Shown here piece by piece: positions 37,737-47,739 of a stretch of DNA of 64,000 bases. Where the stretch lies: assembly GCA_036679645.1 (NCBI GenBank), contig JAZDCY010000016.1, positions 32,001 to 96,000 of the forward strand, given 5' to 3'. The first letter of the stretch is position 1, and every line of letters starts with the position of its first letter. Origin of the DNA: Gemmatimonadota bacterium. Its GTDB lineage: Bacteria; Gemmatimonadota; Gemmatimonadetes; Gemmatimonadales; GWC2-71-9. The notes beneath the pieces are model-generated. The model saw only the letters and a list, made by a program, of their open reading frames with translations, searched no databases and was not told where the DNA came from. The position numbers and the translations under genes are program-made.

Positions 37737-39308
37737 ATGACGCGACCGAAAACGATTCTCTGGGTCGACGACGAGATCGAGTCGCTCGAGGCGCATACCC
37801 GGTTTCTCCAGGAGCAGGGATACGAAGTCGAACGTGCGGCGCACGGGGACGATGCGTTGGCCCTGCTCCGGCGACAGCCATACGGGATCGTGTTGCTCGA
37901 CGAGCAGATGCCGGGAAAACGTGGTCTGGAGCTCGTAGCTGAAATCCGCTCGATCGATCCGGCCGTTCCGCTCGTCATGGTGACGAAGAGCGAAGAGGCC
38001 GACACGATGCGCGAGGCGATCGGCATCGAGATGGACGACTATCTCGTCAAACCGGTGAACCCCCGGCAGGTGCTGAGCGTCGTCACGCGGCTGATCGAGG
38101 GCGACAGGATTCGCGAACAACGCCTCGCACGCGACTTCGTCACGCGGTTTCGCGAGCTGGAAGAGCAGCGCGGCCCTCAGATGGGATGGCGTGAGTGGAT
38201 CGACCTCGTCGGAGAACTCTCGCAGTGGGACGTTCGGCTCGGTCAGGGTGATCAGGGCGGGCTTAAAGATGCGTTGCGGACATTGCAGCAGAGCCTGCAC
38301 CAGGACTTCGCACGCTTCATCGAGGCTCGCTACCCCGAGTGGTTGGCCAACCCCGATGGCGACCGACCGCCGCTGTCGGTGGATGTAGTGAGTGAGTTCC
38401 TCTCACCCCTGATCCGGCAGCACGAGACCGTCTTGTTCATCGTCATCGACTGCCTCCGGCTCGATCAATGGGAGGTGCTGAAAGCGCTGGCCACCGAACG
38501 GTTCGATGTCGAGGCGTCCTACTATTTCAGTATCCTGCCAACGGCGACCCCGTATTCACGCAACTCCATCTTCAGCGGGCTGTTCCCCATCGAGATTGCG
38601 GGACGGCATCCGGAGTGGTGGGGGGAGCGCGACGATGAGAGCCTCAATGCGCACGAGTCGGAATTGCTCGAGGAGCAACTGAAGGAGCTACACGGGAAGA
38701 AGGTTCCCATGCGGTATGTAAAGCTCTCGAGTACAGCGGACGGTGAGCAACTTGCCCGACAGCTCCCCGGTTACCTGGCGCAGCCCGGTGTCACCGCGCT
38801 CGTCTTCAATTTCATCGACCAACTCACCCATGGGCGAGCGGAGAACGCCATTCTCTACGAGGTGGCGCGCGACGCTGCGGCGCTCCGCAGCCTGACCAAG
38901 ACGTGGTTTCAGGACTCAGCATTGATGCGCGCGTTGCGCGAGGCCGCACGCCGCGGTGTTCCCGTGCTGGTGACGACGGACCATGGGTCGATTCACTGTC
39001 ACACACCCGCCACCGTGTTCGCCAAGCGGGATGCAACCCAGAGCCTGCGCTACAAGTTCGGCGAGGACTTGCGCGCCGAAGATCCGGACAGCGCGATTAG
39101 TGTGAAAGACATGGCCGCTTGGGGGTTGCCACGCCGTCCGCAGCTCGGTCTGCGGCTGGTGTTGGCGACGGGAGACCGCTTTTTCGTGTATCCTACCAAG
39201 CTTCGGGAGTACCAGGCACGGTATCGCGGAGCGTTTCTGCATGGCGGTGTGACCCCGGAAGAGATGATCCTGCCGGTCGCGCTACTCACGCCGCGCGGAC
39301 CCAGTTGA
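37737..39308 (+). CDS. Response regulator receiver + PglZ/alkaline-phosphatase domain (PorX-like)
   Basis: WVDDE, LLDEQMP, VTKSEE, KP receiver motifs; IDCLR, LPTATP, TDHG, HGG PglZ motifs. Confidence 0.88.
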   Translation: MTRPKTILWVDDEIESLEAHTRFLQEQGYEVERAAHGDDALALLRRQPYGIVLLDEQMPGKRGLELVAEIRSIDPAVPLVMVTKSEEADTMREAIGIEMDDYLVKPVNPRQVLSVVTRLIEGDRIREQRLARDFVTRFRELEEQRGPQMGWREWIDLVGELSQWDVRLGQGDQGGLKDALRTLQQSLHQDFARFIEARYPEWLANPDGDRPPLSVDVVSEFLSPLIRQHETVLFIVIDCLRLDQWEVLKALATERFDVEASYYFSILPTATPYSRNSIFSGLFPIEIAGRHPEWWGERDDESLNAHESELLEEQLKELHGKKVPMRYVKLSSTADGEQLARQLPGYLAQPGVTALVFNFIDQLTHGRAENAILYEVARDAAALRSLTKTWFQDSALMRALREAARRGVPVLVTTDHGSIHCHTPATVFAKRDATQSLRYKFGEDLRAEDPDSAISVKDMAAWGLPRRPQLGLRLVLATGDRFFVYPTKLREYQARYRGAFLHGGVTPEEMILPVALLTPRGPS

Positions 39309-41150
39309 GTGCGGCGCTTCGGGCGCCTCCTGACGTATCTGCGGCCCTATCGCCGGGCGCTCACGGTGAGCGCCGGCGCAGCGGTCGTCGCGTCGGCGCT
39401 GGACGGATTCTCGTTCACGCTCCTCATCCCGTTTCTGCGGCTGCTCTTCGGAGAGGGGACCGCGCTGGCGGCAACACCGACCGCGGTCGAGCGGGTTCAG
39501 GATGCCCTCGCCGGACCGCTGTTGGACGGTGCCTCCCGCGGGACCGCGCTGGCGGTCGTCATGGTCCTGATTGTGGGCGCGCTGCTGCTCAAGAATGCGG
39601 CCGTGTATGTGGCGCGGTACCTCGCGGTCGCCACGCAAGAGCGCGTGGCGCGCGATCTCCGAGTTGCGCTCTTCGATCACCTCCTGCGACTGGGTCTTCC
39701 GTACTTCCAGCGAGCGAAGGGTGGCCAACTCATGGCCCGTGCGCTCAGCGATGCCGATCAGACGCGCCAGGCGGTTGGTGCGGCGCTGATCGCCCTTCTG
39801 CGGAATGGTGCGGCGGTCGTTATCTACATCGCCCTGCTGGTGGCACTGTCCTGGCGCTTGACGCTCGTCACACTCGTGCTCGCCCCGGCACTCGCGCTGT
39901 GCCTCCGCCCGGTGCTCAGCGGTGTGAGACGGTTGGTGGTGCGCGCGACGGAGGCGCGGGGGGGCATGGCGGCGATTCTCCACGAGACGGTTCGCGGTAT
40001 ACGCATAGTGAAGGCCCACGGTGCCGAGGCGGACGAGCGCCGTCGGTTTCGCGAGGCGGCGGATGGCCAGGTTACGGCCGTGCTTCGCGCGCAGCGACTC
40101 GCCGTCCTCGCCAGCCCGTTGAGCGAAGCCCTCGGTGCGCTCGTCATCGGTGCGCTCCTTCTCGTGGGTGTTCAGGCGGCGGGCTTGGGTGCGCTGCGTG
40201 CCGAGGTGTTCGTGACATTCGTAGCACTCTCGTTGCGCCTGCTCTCGCCGGTGAAGGCGTTGAGCCAGTTCCCGGCGCTCGCGGCAGAAGCAGTGGCCGG
40301 GGCAGACAGAATCTTCGAGGTGCTCGACGTGCCGCCCGACGATAGCGATGATCCCGGCGCCCGCACCTTCAATGGGACGCACGATGAGATCGCTTTTCGC
40401 GACGTCTGGGTGGGTTACGAACCCGGACGCTGGGCGATCCAGGCGGTCGACCTCCGGGTGCGGCGCGGAGAGATCGTGGCGATCGTGGGGCCCTCGGGTG
40501 CCGGCAAATCGACGCTCGTCGATCTCCTCGCCCGGTTCGTAGATCCCCAACGCGGTGCGGTTACCATCGACAACGTCCCGCTCACGGACTACAGCCGAAC
40601 GTCGCTCAGGCGATCGCTTGGGTTCGTGAGTCAGGAGACGATCCTCTTCAACGATACGGTGCGCGCGAACATCGCCTACGGCAGTGACGCCGGTGCCGGG
40701 CTCGACCGGGTTCAGGACGCGGCACGCGCCGCCAATGCGCACGATTTCATATGTGCGCTACCCGACGGATACGATACGCTGGTCGGCGAGCGGGGTACGC
40801 GGCTATCGGGCGGCGAACGCCAGCGTCTCGCCATCGCACGTGCGCTGCTGCACGACCCGCCCATTCTCATTCTTGACGAAGCCACATCAGCGCTCGACAC
40901 CGCGTCGGAACAGTCGGTCCGCTCGGCGATCGAATGCCTCATGCGCGACCGGACCGTGTTCGTGATCGCGCACCGACTGTCGACCCTGCGGCATGCCGAC
41001 CGGATCGTCGTGCTAAACGAGGGGCGGGTCGTCGAGTCGGGATCCCACGACGACCTGCTTCAGCGTGGCGGGTGGTACGAGACGTCGTGGGGTCAGGACC
41101 CGGTCAGGCGGTTTCCTCGGCAGGACCATCCTGCACCCGCACGGCGCTGA
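39309..41150 (+). CDS. ABC exporter, MsbA-like TMD-NBD fusion
   Basis: TM helices; GPSGAGKS, LSGGERQ, LDEATS. Confidence 0.92.
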   Translation: MRRFGRLLTYLRPYRRALTVSAGAAVVASALDGFSFTLLIPFLRLLFGEGTALAATPTAVERVQDALAGPLLDGASRGTALAVVMVLIVGALLLKNAAVYVARYLAVATQERVARDLRVALFDHLLRLGLPYFQRAKGGQLMARALSDADQTRQAVGAALIALLRNGAAVVIYIALLVALSWRLTLVTLVLAPALALCLRPVLSGVRRLVVRATEARGGMAAILHETVRGIRIVKAHGAEADERRRFREAADGQVTAVLRAQRLAVLASPLSEALGALVIGALLLVGVQAAGLGALRAEVFVTFVALSLRLLSPVKALSQFPALAAEAVAGADRIFEVLDVPPDDSDDPGARTFNGTHDEIAFRDVWVGYEPGRWAIQAVDLRVRRGEIVAIVGPSGAGKSTLVDLLARFVDPQRGAVTIDNVPLTDYSRTSLRRSLGFVSQETILFNDTVRANIAYGSDAGAGLDRVQDAARAANAHDFICALPDGYDTLVGERGTRLSGGERQRLAIARALLHDPPILILDEATSALDTASEQSVRSAIECLMRDRTVFVIAHRLSTLRHADRIVVLNEGRVVESGSHDDLLQRGGWYETSWGQDPVRRFPRQDHPAPARR

Positions 41151-42183
41151 TCGCACGGGTCGGGCACTGCGCGACACACACCCCGTCGATCGCCGACCAG
41201 CGAGGTTCAGGGTCCGTCACTACCGCCTTCCCCTCGTCGTCCAGCTCGAACAGGCCCGGCGGGCCGATGGAGACGCAGGCTCTGCACCCGACGCAACGAT
41301 CCCGATCGATCGTGACACGGTACCGGTGCCGTGGATAGATGCCGACCGAGCCGGGCACCGGAATACCGCCCTCTTCGTCGAACGGTTCGTTCGCGGCCGC
41401 GTATCCGGCGCGCAGCAGGTCAGCGTTGTGGTCGAACGAGAGCAGATGGACGTCCCACACTTTGGGCCGCACGAGTACCAGCGGAGGGTGCGACCAGGAG
41501 CGCAGCGCCGTCTCGTCCATTCGCTGGACGGCGATCTCGATCGCGCGCGCATACACCGCTGCGAACCCGGATTTCTGGACCATTGCCCCGTCGTGGTACC
41601 GCGCGCCGATGTCGACGGCGAACACCATGTCGCGATCCGCTCGCGCACAGGGATGGACTGGGAGATTGGCGGCGGCGGCGCCATCGATGAAATAGCTATC
41701 CCCAATCCGGTGCGGCGCGATGACGCCGGGAAGGGCACAGGATGCGAGAACCGCTTCGGCCACCGGCAGATTGCGCAGACCGGGTTGGCCCCAAAACACC
41801 TGCGTGCCGGTGTTGATGTCTACGGTGTTGACGAGCAGCGGACGCTCGAGCTCCTCGAATGTCAGGTCGCCCAGGAGCCCCTTGATGAAATGGGCCAACG
41901 GCTCGGTGCGATAGAGCGCGGGGGCCCGCATGCGCCGCAGGGCCATGTCACCGTGCGCGACCTGGAAGAGGTCCCGTCGTCGGAGCCCGAGCGCGAGTTC
42001 CTTGATGCCGGCGACGGACATGCCGGCGCACCACGATGCCGCAATGAGCGCTCCGACGCTCGAGCCGACCACGTCCTGCGGCAGGAAGCCACGCTCCTCG
42101 AGCGCCTCGAGCACGCCGATATGCGCGAGCCCGCGCATGCCGCCGCCGCCGAGCACTAGAGTGTAGTTACGCACGTCGTTCAT
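41104..42183 (-). CDS. Patatin-like phospholipase with C-terminal 4Fe-4S ferredoxin-like domain
   Basis: GGGGMRG, GSSVG, DGA; C-terminal CVGCRAC...CVAQCP. Confidence 0.87.
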   Translation of the reverse strand: MNDVRNYTLVLGGGGMRGLAHIGVLEALEERGFLPQDVVGSSVGALIAASWCAGMSVAGIKELALGLRRRDLFQVAHGDMALRRMRAPALYRTEPLAHFIKGLLGDLTFEELERPLLVNTVDINTGTQVFWGQPGLRNLPVAEAVLASCALPGVIAPHRIGDSYFIDGAAAANLPVHPCARADRDMVFAVDIGARYHDGAMVQKSGFAAVYARAIEIAVQRMDETALRSWSHPPLVLVRPKVWDVHLLSFDHNADLLRAGYAAANEPFDEEGGIPVPGSVGIYPRHRYRVTIDRDRCVGCRACVSIGPPGLFELDDEGKAVVTDPEPRWSAIDGVCVAQCPTRAISAVRVQDGPAEETA

Positions 42184-42272
42184 CGAACCGTACGGCTCCG
42201 TACGTGACGGTGCGCAGCCCCGCCGCACGCGTTATACCTTTGTACGAGCATGTCGACTACGGAGAAAGGGCC

Positions 42273-42728
42273 GTGAGCACGTGCGCGTTCTGCGCTGTCG
42301 TGCAGGGCCATGCACCGGGGAGCATCGTCTACGAGGACGACGCCTTGCTCGCGTTCCTGGATCTGTATCCGGTGAATCGGGGCCACACGCTGGTGGTACC
42401 GAAAGCACACATAGCGGACCTGTCCGACTGCCCCACAGACCTCGCGGCCCGGCTCTTCGGCCTCAGCGTGCGGTTGGCCCCTGCCGTGGTCGCGGCTACT
42501 GGTGCGGAGGGATTCAATGTATGGACCGCCAATGGACGCGTGGCGGGCCAGACCGTATTTCATCTGCACCTGCACATTCTCCCACGCTTTGCGGACGACA
42601 CTTTTGGACTCCGGTTTCCCGAGGACTACCCGCGCAAGGTCGCCCGCGCCGACCTCAACGCATTGGCGCAGCAAATCAAGCTGACCGTGGAAACAGGATC
42701 GAGTGGGTCTTCTTGCCACGGCGGATGA
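42273..42728 (+). CDS. HIT family nucleotide hydrolase
   Basis: CAFC, GHTLVVPK, HLHLHIL. Confidence 0.93.
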   Translation: MSTCAFCAVVQGHAPGSIVYEDDALLAFLDLYPVNRGHTLVVPKAHIADLSDCPTDLAARLFGLSVRLAPAVVAATGAEGFNVWTANGRVAGQTVFHLHLHILPRFADDTFGLRFPEDYPRKVARADLNALAQQIKLTVETGSSGSSCHGG

Positions 42729-43941
42729 AGTAGTAGCCACCTGCGAGCGGCGCCGGCGCCGACGCGCCCAGATCGGTCCACCGTTCGCCGTTGATCGAGA
42801 TGCCAGCCTGCTGCACCTGCCGGCGAGCCTCACTCTTTGACGGCACGACGCCGGACGCAGCAATCAACTCGACGATCGGCGTGTCCTCGCCCATGCCGGG
42901 TTCCAGCGGACGGCTCGGAATCTCCGCGGCGAGCATGCGCCACGTATCGGCGGATGCGTCACGGGGCATCAACTCACCGAAGAGCACCCGCGATGCCTCC
43001 GCCACGCTGTCGGCGATGGCGTCACCGTGCGTCCTGCGTGTGAGATCCTCGGCGAGCGCCCGGTGCGGAATGCGCGCTCCCGGCTCGCGCGCGTGCTGTG
43101 CAAGGAGATCGGCGACCGCCTCGCGCGAGTGAAATGTGAACATGCGCACGTAGCGGTCTACGTCACGGTCGTCGGTGTTGATCCAGAACTGGTAGAAGGC
43201 GTAGGGTGATGTCATCTCGGCGTCGAGCCACACCGTGCGTCCTTCCGTCTTGCCGAATTTCGCACCGGACGATGTGGTGATGAGTGGCGCGGCAATCCCA
43301 TGGGCGTCGCCGCCATCGACTCGCCGAATGAGTTCGATGCCCGCTGTGATGTTGCCCCACTGATCGCTGCCGCCCATCTGCAGTTCGCACTGATGGCGAC
43401 GATGGAGCTGCAGATAGTCGTATGCCTGGAGCAACATGTAGCTGAACTCGGTGAAGGAAATACCGCTCTCGAGACGGCTCTTCACCGATTCCTTCTGCAG
43501 CATGTATGACAGCGTGAAGTGTTTGCCGATATCCCGGAGAAATTCCACGAGGTTGAGAGGGATGAGCCAGTCGGCGTTGTCGATCATCAGCGCATCCGAC
43601 TGCCCGTCGCCAAACGTGAGGAACCGCTCAAACTGCCTGTGTTGTCGTGCGGTGTTCTCGGCGATTGTCGCGTCATCGAGTAACGGCCGCTCCGTGCTCT
43701 TGCCGCTTGGATCGCCGATGCGGCCTGTCCCGCCGCCGAGCACCACGATGGGTTTCCCGCCTGCGCGTTGGAGATGCGCCAGCAGCATCACCGGGACCAG
43801 GTTGCCGACCTGGAGGCTGCGCGCGGTCGGGTCGAACCCCACGTAGGCCGAGACCGGCCCCCGCGACAGGCGCGACGCGAGATCGGGCGTCTGGTCGTAC
43901 AACAGGCCCCGCCAAGTGAGCTCTGAGAGAAACGTTTTCAC
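42676..43941 (-). CDS. tyrS: Tyrosine--tRNA ligase
   Basis: YVGFDPTA, QMGGSDQWGNI, KFGKT, C-terminal S4-like domain. Confidence 0.96.
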   Translation of the reverse strand: MKTFLSELTWRGLLYDQTPDLASRLSRGPVSAYVGFDPTARSLQVGNLVPVMLLAHLQRAGGKPIVVLGGGTGRIGDPSGKSTERPLLDDATIAENTARQHRQFERFLTFGDGQSDALMIDNADWLIPLNLVEFLRDIGKHFTLSYMLQKESVKSRLESGISFTEFSYMLLQAYDYLQLHRRHQCELQMGGSDQWGNITAGIELIRRVDGGDAHGIAAPLITTSSGAKFGKTEGRTVWLDAEMTSPYAFYQFWINTDDRDVDRYVRMFTFHSREAVADLLAQHAREPGARIPHRALAEDLTRRTHGDAIADSVAEASRVLFGELMPRDASADTWRMLAAEIPSRPLEPGMGEDTPIVELIAASGVVPSKSEARRQVQQAGISINGERWTDLGASAPAPLAGGYYFIRRGKKTHSILFPRSA

Positions 43942-44030
43942 GGGTGTGGGGTCATCTGATGAAGTGGGCGAAGGTACGATGGGCGATACCCCATGGCAAG
44001 CGAGTCGGGCGGTCAATAACTTCCCTAGCT

Positions 44031-46190
44031 ATGACACTTGTACGCCGGATTTTCCAGGCCATACAGCGCGTGTGGCACTCGCCACCAGCACGACGTGGCG
44101 TCGGGCTCAGCGCACTGGCGTTCGTCGGCCTCGGCACGGGTGTCAGTCTGGGTTCGTGGACCCGTGCCTGTGCCGGTGGGAACTGCCCGTCCATTGCTGA
44201 GTTCGAGGAGTTCCGACCGAGCCAGGCGCTGAAGATATACGCCGCCGACGGACGGCTGATTACCGAACTGGGGACCGAGCGACGCACAGTCCTTGCACTG
44301 TCGGACCTCCCGCCGACGATTCCGGCCGCCTTCCTCGCAGTCGAGGACAAACGGTTTTACGAACACCACGGGATCGACTACCTGCGGTTCTTCGGTGCGC
44401 TCAAGGCCGTGGTGATGGCGTTCGATTGGGTGCAGGGGTTCTCGACCATCACCATGCAGCTCGCTCGCAACGTATTCCCAGAGAAATTGCCCAGTACCAA
44501 GACCATCCAGCGTAAGCTACGAGAGGTGCAGGTCGCGCTCGAGCTCGAGCGCACCTACTCCAAGGACAAGATCCTCGAACTCTATCTGAACCAGGTCTAC
44601 CTCGGTGGCTCTGCATATGGCGTCGAGGCCGGAGCGCACCGCTACTTCGGCAAATCGGCGCTAGAGCTGAATGTCGCGGAAGCTGCCATGCTCGCCGCCG
44701 TCGTCAACCGACCCGGGCGTTACGACCCGCGGCGTCATCCCGACCGTGCGCTTCCCCGCCGCAATTTGGTGATCAACCTCATGCGCGATGAGGAATACCT
44801 CACCCCCGACGAGGCCGAGTCGTGGAAGGCGTATCCGGTCATCCTCAGTTCCCGACAGGATTTCGGCGACGTCGCGCCGTACTTCGTGGAGTGGGTGCGG
44901 CAGCAGGTCTACGCACGGTTCGGGCGCGCAATCTACGAGCGAGGCTATCGGGTCTACACGACCCTCGACCTGGATATGCAGATCGCCGCGGAGCGCGCGC
45001 TCGGCAACCAGCTCGAGGCGATCGAGAACGAGGTATATGGTCCATACGACCACGTGACCTACGCGGGGTACAGCGACACGGTCGCGGTCCCGCGCAGCCT
45101 GTCCGTCACGCCCTACCTGCAGGGCTCGCTCGTGGCGGTCGAGGCAAGTACCGGATACGTGCGTGCCATGGTCGGCGGACGGGACTTCTCCCACTCGAAG
45201 TTCAATCGCGCGACGCAAGCCCAGCGACAGGCGGGATCTACGTTCAAGCCGTTCGTCTACTCTGCGGCCATCCGTGCGGGCGTTCCGCTCAGCCACATCA
45301 TCGATGACGCGCCGATCACGGAGATTCTGCTGGGCGATTCCTTGCCCTGGGAGCCGCAGAACTACGAGGGCGACTTCCGGGGGCCGATGACGTTGCGCGA
45401 GGGGATTAGACGGTCGCGCAATCTGGTCGCGATTCGGTTGGGTGAGGAGATCGGCGTGCAGCCGGTGCGCGGCGAGGCCCTCCGGTTCGGCCTCTCCACC
45501 CGGGTTCCGTCGTACCCGTCAATGTTCATCGGCTCCGCATCGGTGATCCCGATCGAGATGGTTTCGGCGTACACCGCGTTCGCCAATCGCGGCGTGCGGT
45601 CGGCGCCGGTCGGTGTACGGAGGGTCGAGGACGAAGAGGGGAACATCGTATGGGAGCCGCAGATCCGGCAGGACAGGGTCATGGAACTGCCGCATGCCTG
45701 GCTCATGACCAGCCTGCTCCAGGACGTCGTCAACCGCGGCACGGCCTATACCGCCGTGCGTAATACCGGCCGTTTCCTGCTGCCCGCCGGTGGCAAGACC
45801 GGCACGACCAATGACGGCACCGACGTCTGGTTTATCGGATTCACACCGGAACTCGTGGCCAGCGTATGGATCGGCCTCGATCGACCGCAGCGGATCAAGG
45901 CGCGGTCCGCGGGCGGACGACTCGCCGCCCCGGCCTGGGTGGCGTTCATGAAGGAGATCTACGAGCGGCGGCCCGCCCCCGAGCCATGGGAACGGCCGGA
46001 CGGACTCACCAACGTGGCCATCGATAACGTCACCGGATACCGATGGACCGCGTTCTGCCCCACGCAGGTGCGGCAGTTTGAATGGTTCCTGCCCGGTACC
46101 GAGCCCACCGAATTCTGCCCCGTGCACAATCCGCTGATCAGTCGGGGACCCGCCCACCGGGATCATGTTGCGGTGAGCGGTGCGCGGTGA
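44031..46190 (+). CDS. Class A penicillin-binding protein (PBP1A family)
   Basis: EDKRFYEH, STITMQL, YLN transglycosylase; STFK, SRN, KTG transpeptidase. Confidence 0.94.
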   Translation: MTLVRRIFQAIQRVWHSPPARRGVGLSALAFVGLGTGVSLGSWTRACAGGNCPSIAEFEEFRPSQALKIYAADGRLITELGTERRTVLALSDLPPTIPAAFLAVEDKRFYEHHGIDYLRFFGALKAVVMAFDWVQGFSTITMQLARNVFPEKLPSTKTIQRKLREVQVALELERTYSKDKILELYLNQVYLGGSAYGVEAGAHRYFGKSALELNVAEAAMLAAVVNRPGRYDPRRHPDRALPRRNLVINLMRDEEYLTPDEAESWKAYPVILSSRQDFGDVAPYFVEWVRQQVYARFGRAIYERGYRVYTTLDLDMQIAAERALGNQLEAIENEVYGPYDHVTYAGYSDTVAVPRSLSVTPYLQGSLVAVEASTGYVRAMVGGRDFSHSKFNRATQAQRQAGSTFKPFVYSAAIRAGVPLSHIIDDAPITEILLGDSLPWEPQNYEGDFRGPMTLREGIRRSRNLVAIRLGEEIGVQPVRGEALRFGLSTRVPSYPSMFIGSASVIPIEMVSAYTAFANRGVRSAPVGVRRVEDEEGNIVWEPQIRQDRVMELPHAWLMTSLLQDVVNRGTAYTAVRNTGRFLLPAGGKTGTTNDGTDVWFIGFTPELVASVWIGLDRPQRIKARSAGGRLAAPAWVAFMKEIYERRPAPEPWERPDGLTNVAIDNVTGYRWTAFCPTQVRQFEWFLPGTEPTEFCPVHNPLISRGPAHRDHVAVSGAR

Positions 46191-46225
46191 TCAGGAAATG
46201 GCCGCTCATTGCTTACTGTTCACGC

Positions 46226-47188
46226 TCAGTCAATGAACAGCGGAAACACCGGGAACTGCAGCGGGTCGTCGAGCAACAGCTGAATGCGGCCGACATCCGG
46301 CGTCACCAGGTAGATCGCGTGGCGGTTGGGGCCCGTTCCCGGCTCGGCGCCGATCACGATTGACTCGCCGCTCGGCGAGAAAGCGTAGGTCGAGGAGAAA
46401 CCCAACAGCACTGCTGGGCGCTCGTCGCTTACCGGAGCCATGATCGCACGGTACCGCTCGTCGAGAAATCGATTCGGGTTGTCGGGATCGGCAAGGCCGG
46501 CCATGATCGTGTCCGGCCCGTTCTGTCCCGCCCGGAGGAACCCAATCAGCAGCCCCTCGTCGGTCCAGCGGGGCCATCCAAACAGTGGCCGGTTGAGGAT
46601 GCGGGAAAACCCGAACCGGTCAGTGAACGAGCGGGCTCGGTCGGTCAGAAACAGGACCTTGATGAAAACGGAGAGAGGCGTCACCGTGATGAGCGCTATG
46701 CGCTCGTTGTCGGGGCTCATGATCGGTGGCAGCGCGGGATCTGCGTCACCGTACGCGAGCGAATCCAGCGACTTGTTGGCGCGGTCATAGAGCAACACGA
46801 CCCGCTCGGGCGCATACGAGACCAGCGCCACGAACCGCTCATCATTCGAGAACGCCGCGAGGGAATGCGAGGTGGGCATCGGACGGATGATCGTGTCGAG
46901 ACGATTGGGTGTGTTGAGCCCCACCAGGACGAGGGCGTCGCTCGATGGCGTGAGCGCCGCTACGATTCGTTCCCTTGGACCAGCGCCAATCGGCAGCAAC
47001 CCGTCCGGGATCGACGATGCCGTCACGCGCCCGTCGGTCGACAACAGGAGGTTCGCGCCCGTATTCTGCTGGTGGACGAGAATCGTCCGCGACCGCTCCG
47101 GCTCCGGCTCCGGCGGGAGGTCGTCCCCACAGGCGACGAGGCCCACGAGGAGCACTCCTGGTAGCGCAGATCTGTATTGAGCCATCAT
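46226..47188 (-). CDS. Hypothetical lipoprotein (beta-propeller-like)
   Basis: Lipobox LVAC; repeated FS/MS-P-D/S turns. Confidence 0.65.
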   Translation of the reverse strand: MMAQYRSALPGVLLVGLVACGDDLPPEPEPERSRTILVHQQNTGANLLLSTDGRVTASSIPDGLLPIGAGPRERIVAALTPSSDALVLVGLNTPNRLDTIIRPMPTSHSLAAFSNDERFVALVSYAPERVVLLYDRANKSLDSLAYGDADPALPPIMSPDNERIALITVTPLSVFIKVLFLTDRARSFTDRFGFSRILNRPLFGWPRWTDEGLLIGFLRAGQNGPDTIMAGLADPDNPNRFLDERYRAIMAPVSDERPAVLLGFSSTYAFSPSGESIVIGAEPGTGPNRHAIYLVTPDVGRIQLLLDDPLQFPVFPLFID

Positions 47189-47227
47189 CGAGTAGACTAG
47201 AGGACCCCCAAGAACGCGTCAACTGAC

Positions 47228-47683
47228 ATGAAAGCCCAGCGACAGGCTGCGATTCTCGACCTCACCCGCCGGGAGCGCGTAGGGAGCCAGGATCATCTCC
47301 GCGCTCTTCTCGCGCAGCGTGGGTTCGAGGTCACCCAGGCGACCCTGTCGCGTGATCTGCGCGAACTGGGCCTGGCAAAGGTGTCGGGCCCCGGTGGTGG
47401 CAGTTACTACGCCGCAGCCACCACATCCGATCCACCACACCCCAGCCTGACCCAGCTAGCGGCGGCGCTGCTGCTCTCCGCCGAGGGGGTCGGCGCGCTG
47501 CTCGTGGTGCGCACACCGGCCGGAAGTGCCAACGCGCTAGCGCACGGGATCGACCGGCAAGCATGGCCCGAACTCGTCGGCACGATAGCCGGTGACGACA
47601 CGATTCTCCTGATTGCCCGGAGCGAGCGGGCCCGGCGCGCGCTGGCCGCGCGGTTGGCTAGGCTGATCCAATCCGGGGGTTGA
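47228..47683 (+). CDS. argR: Arginine repressor
   Basis: TQATLSRDLREL, GTIAGDDT. Confidence 0.96.
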   Translation: MKAQRQAAILDLTRRERVGSQDHLRALLAQRGFEVTQATLSRDLRELGLAKVSGPGGGSYYAAATTSDPPHPSLTQLAAALLLSAEGVGALLVVRTPAGSANALAHGIDRQAWPELVGTIAGDDTILLIARSERARRALAARLARLIQSGG

Positions 47684-47732
47684 CGTGCCTCGCGGGTGCA
47701 TTATTATGCATTCACGCGCATATAAATACAGA
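47680..47732 (+). promoter_or_regulatory. Tandem ARG boxes overlapping a sigma70-like promoter of argGH
   Basis: TGCATTATTATGCA (47697-47710) and CGCATATAAATACA (47717-47730); TTGACG-N16-TATTAT. Confidence 0.8.
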
Positions 47733-47739
47733 GCCAGCC

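Noticed and set aside
37737..39308. BREX defence system (PglZ)
   Set aside because: PglZ is fused to a receiver domain and no brxC, pglX or brxL is nearby
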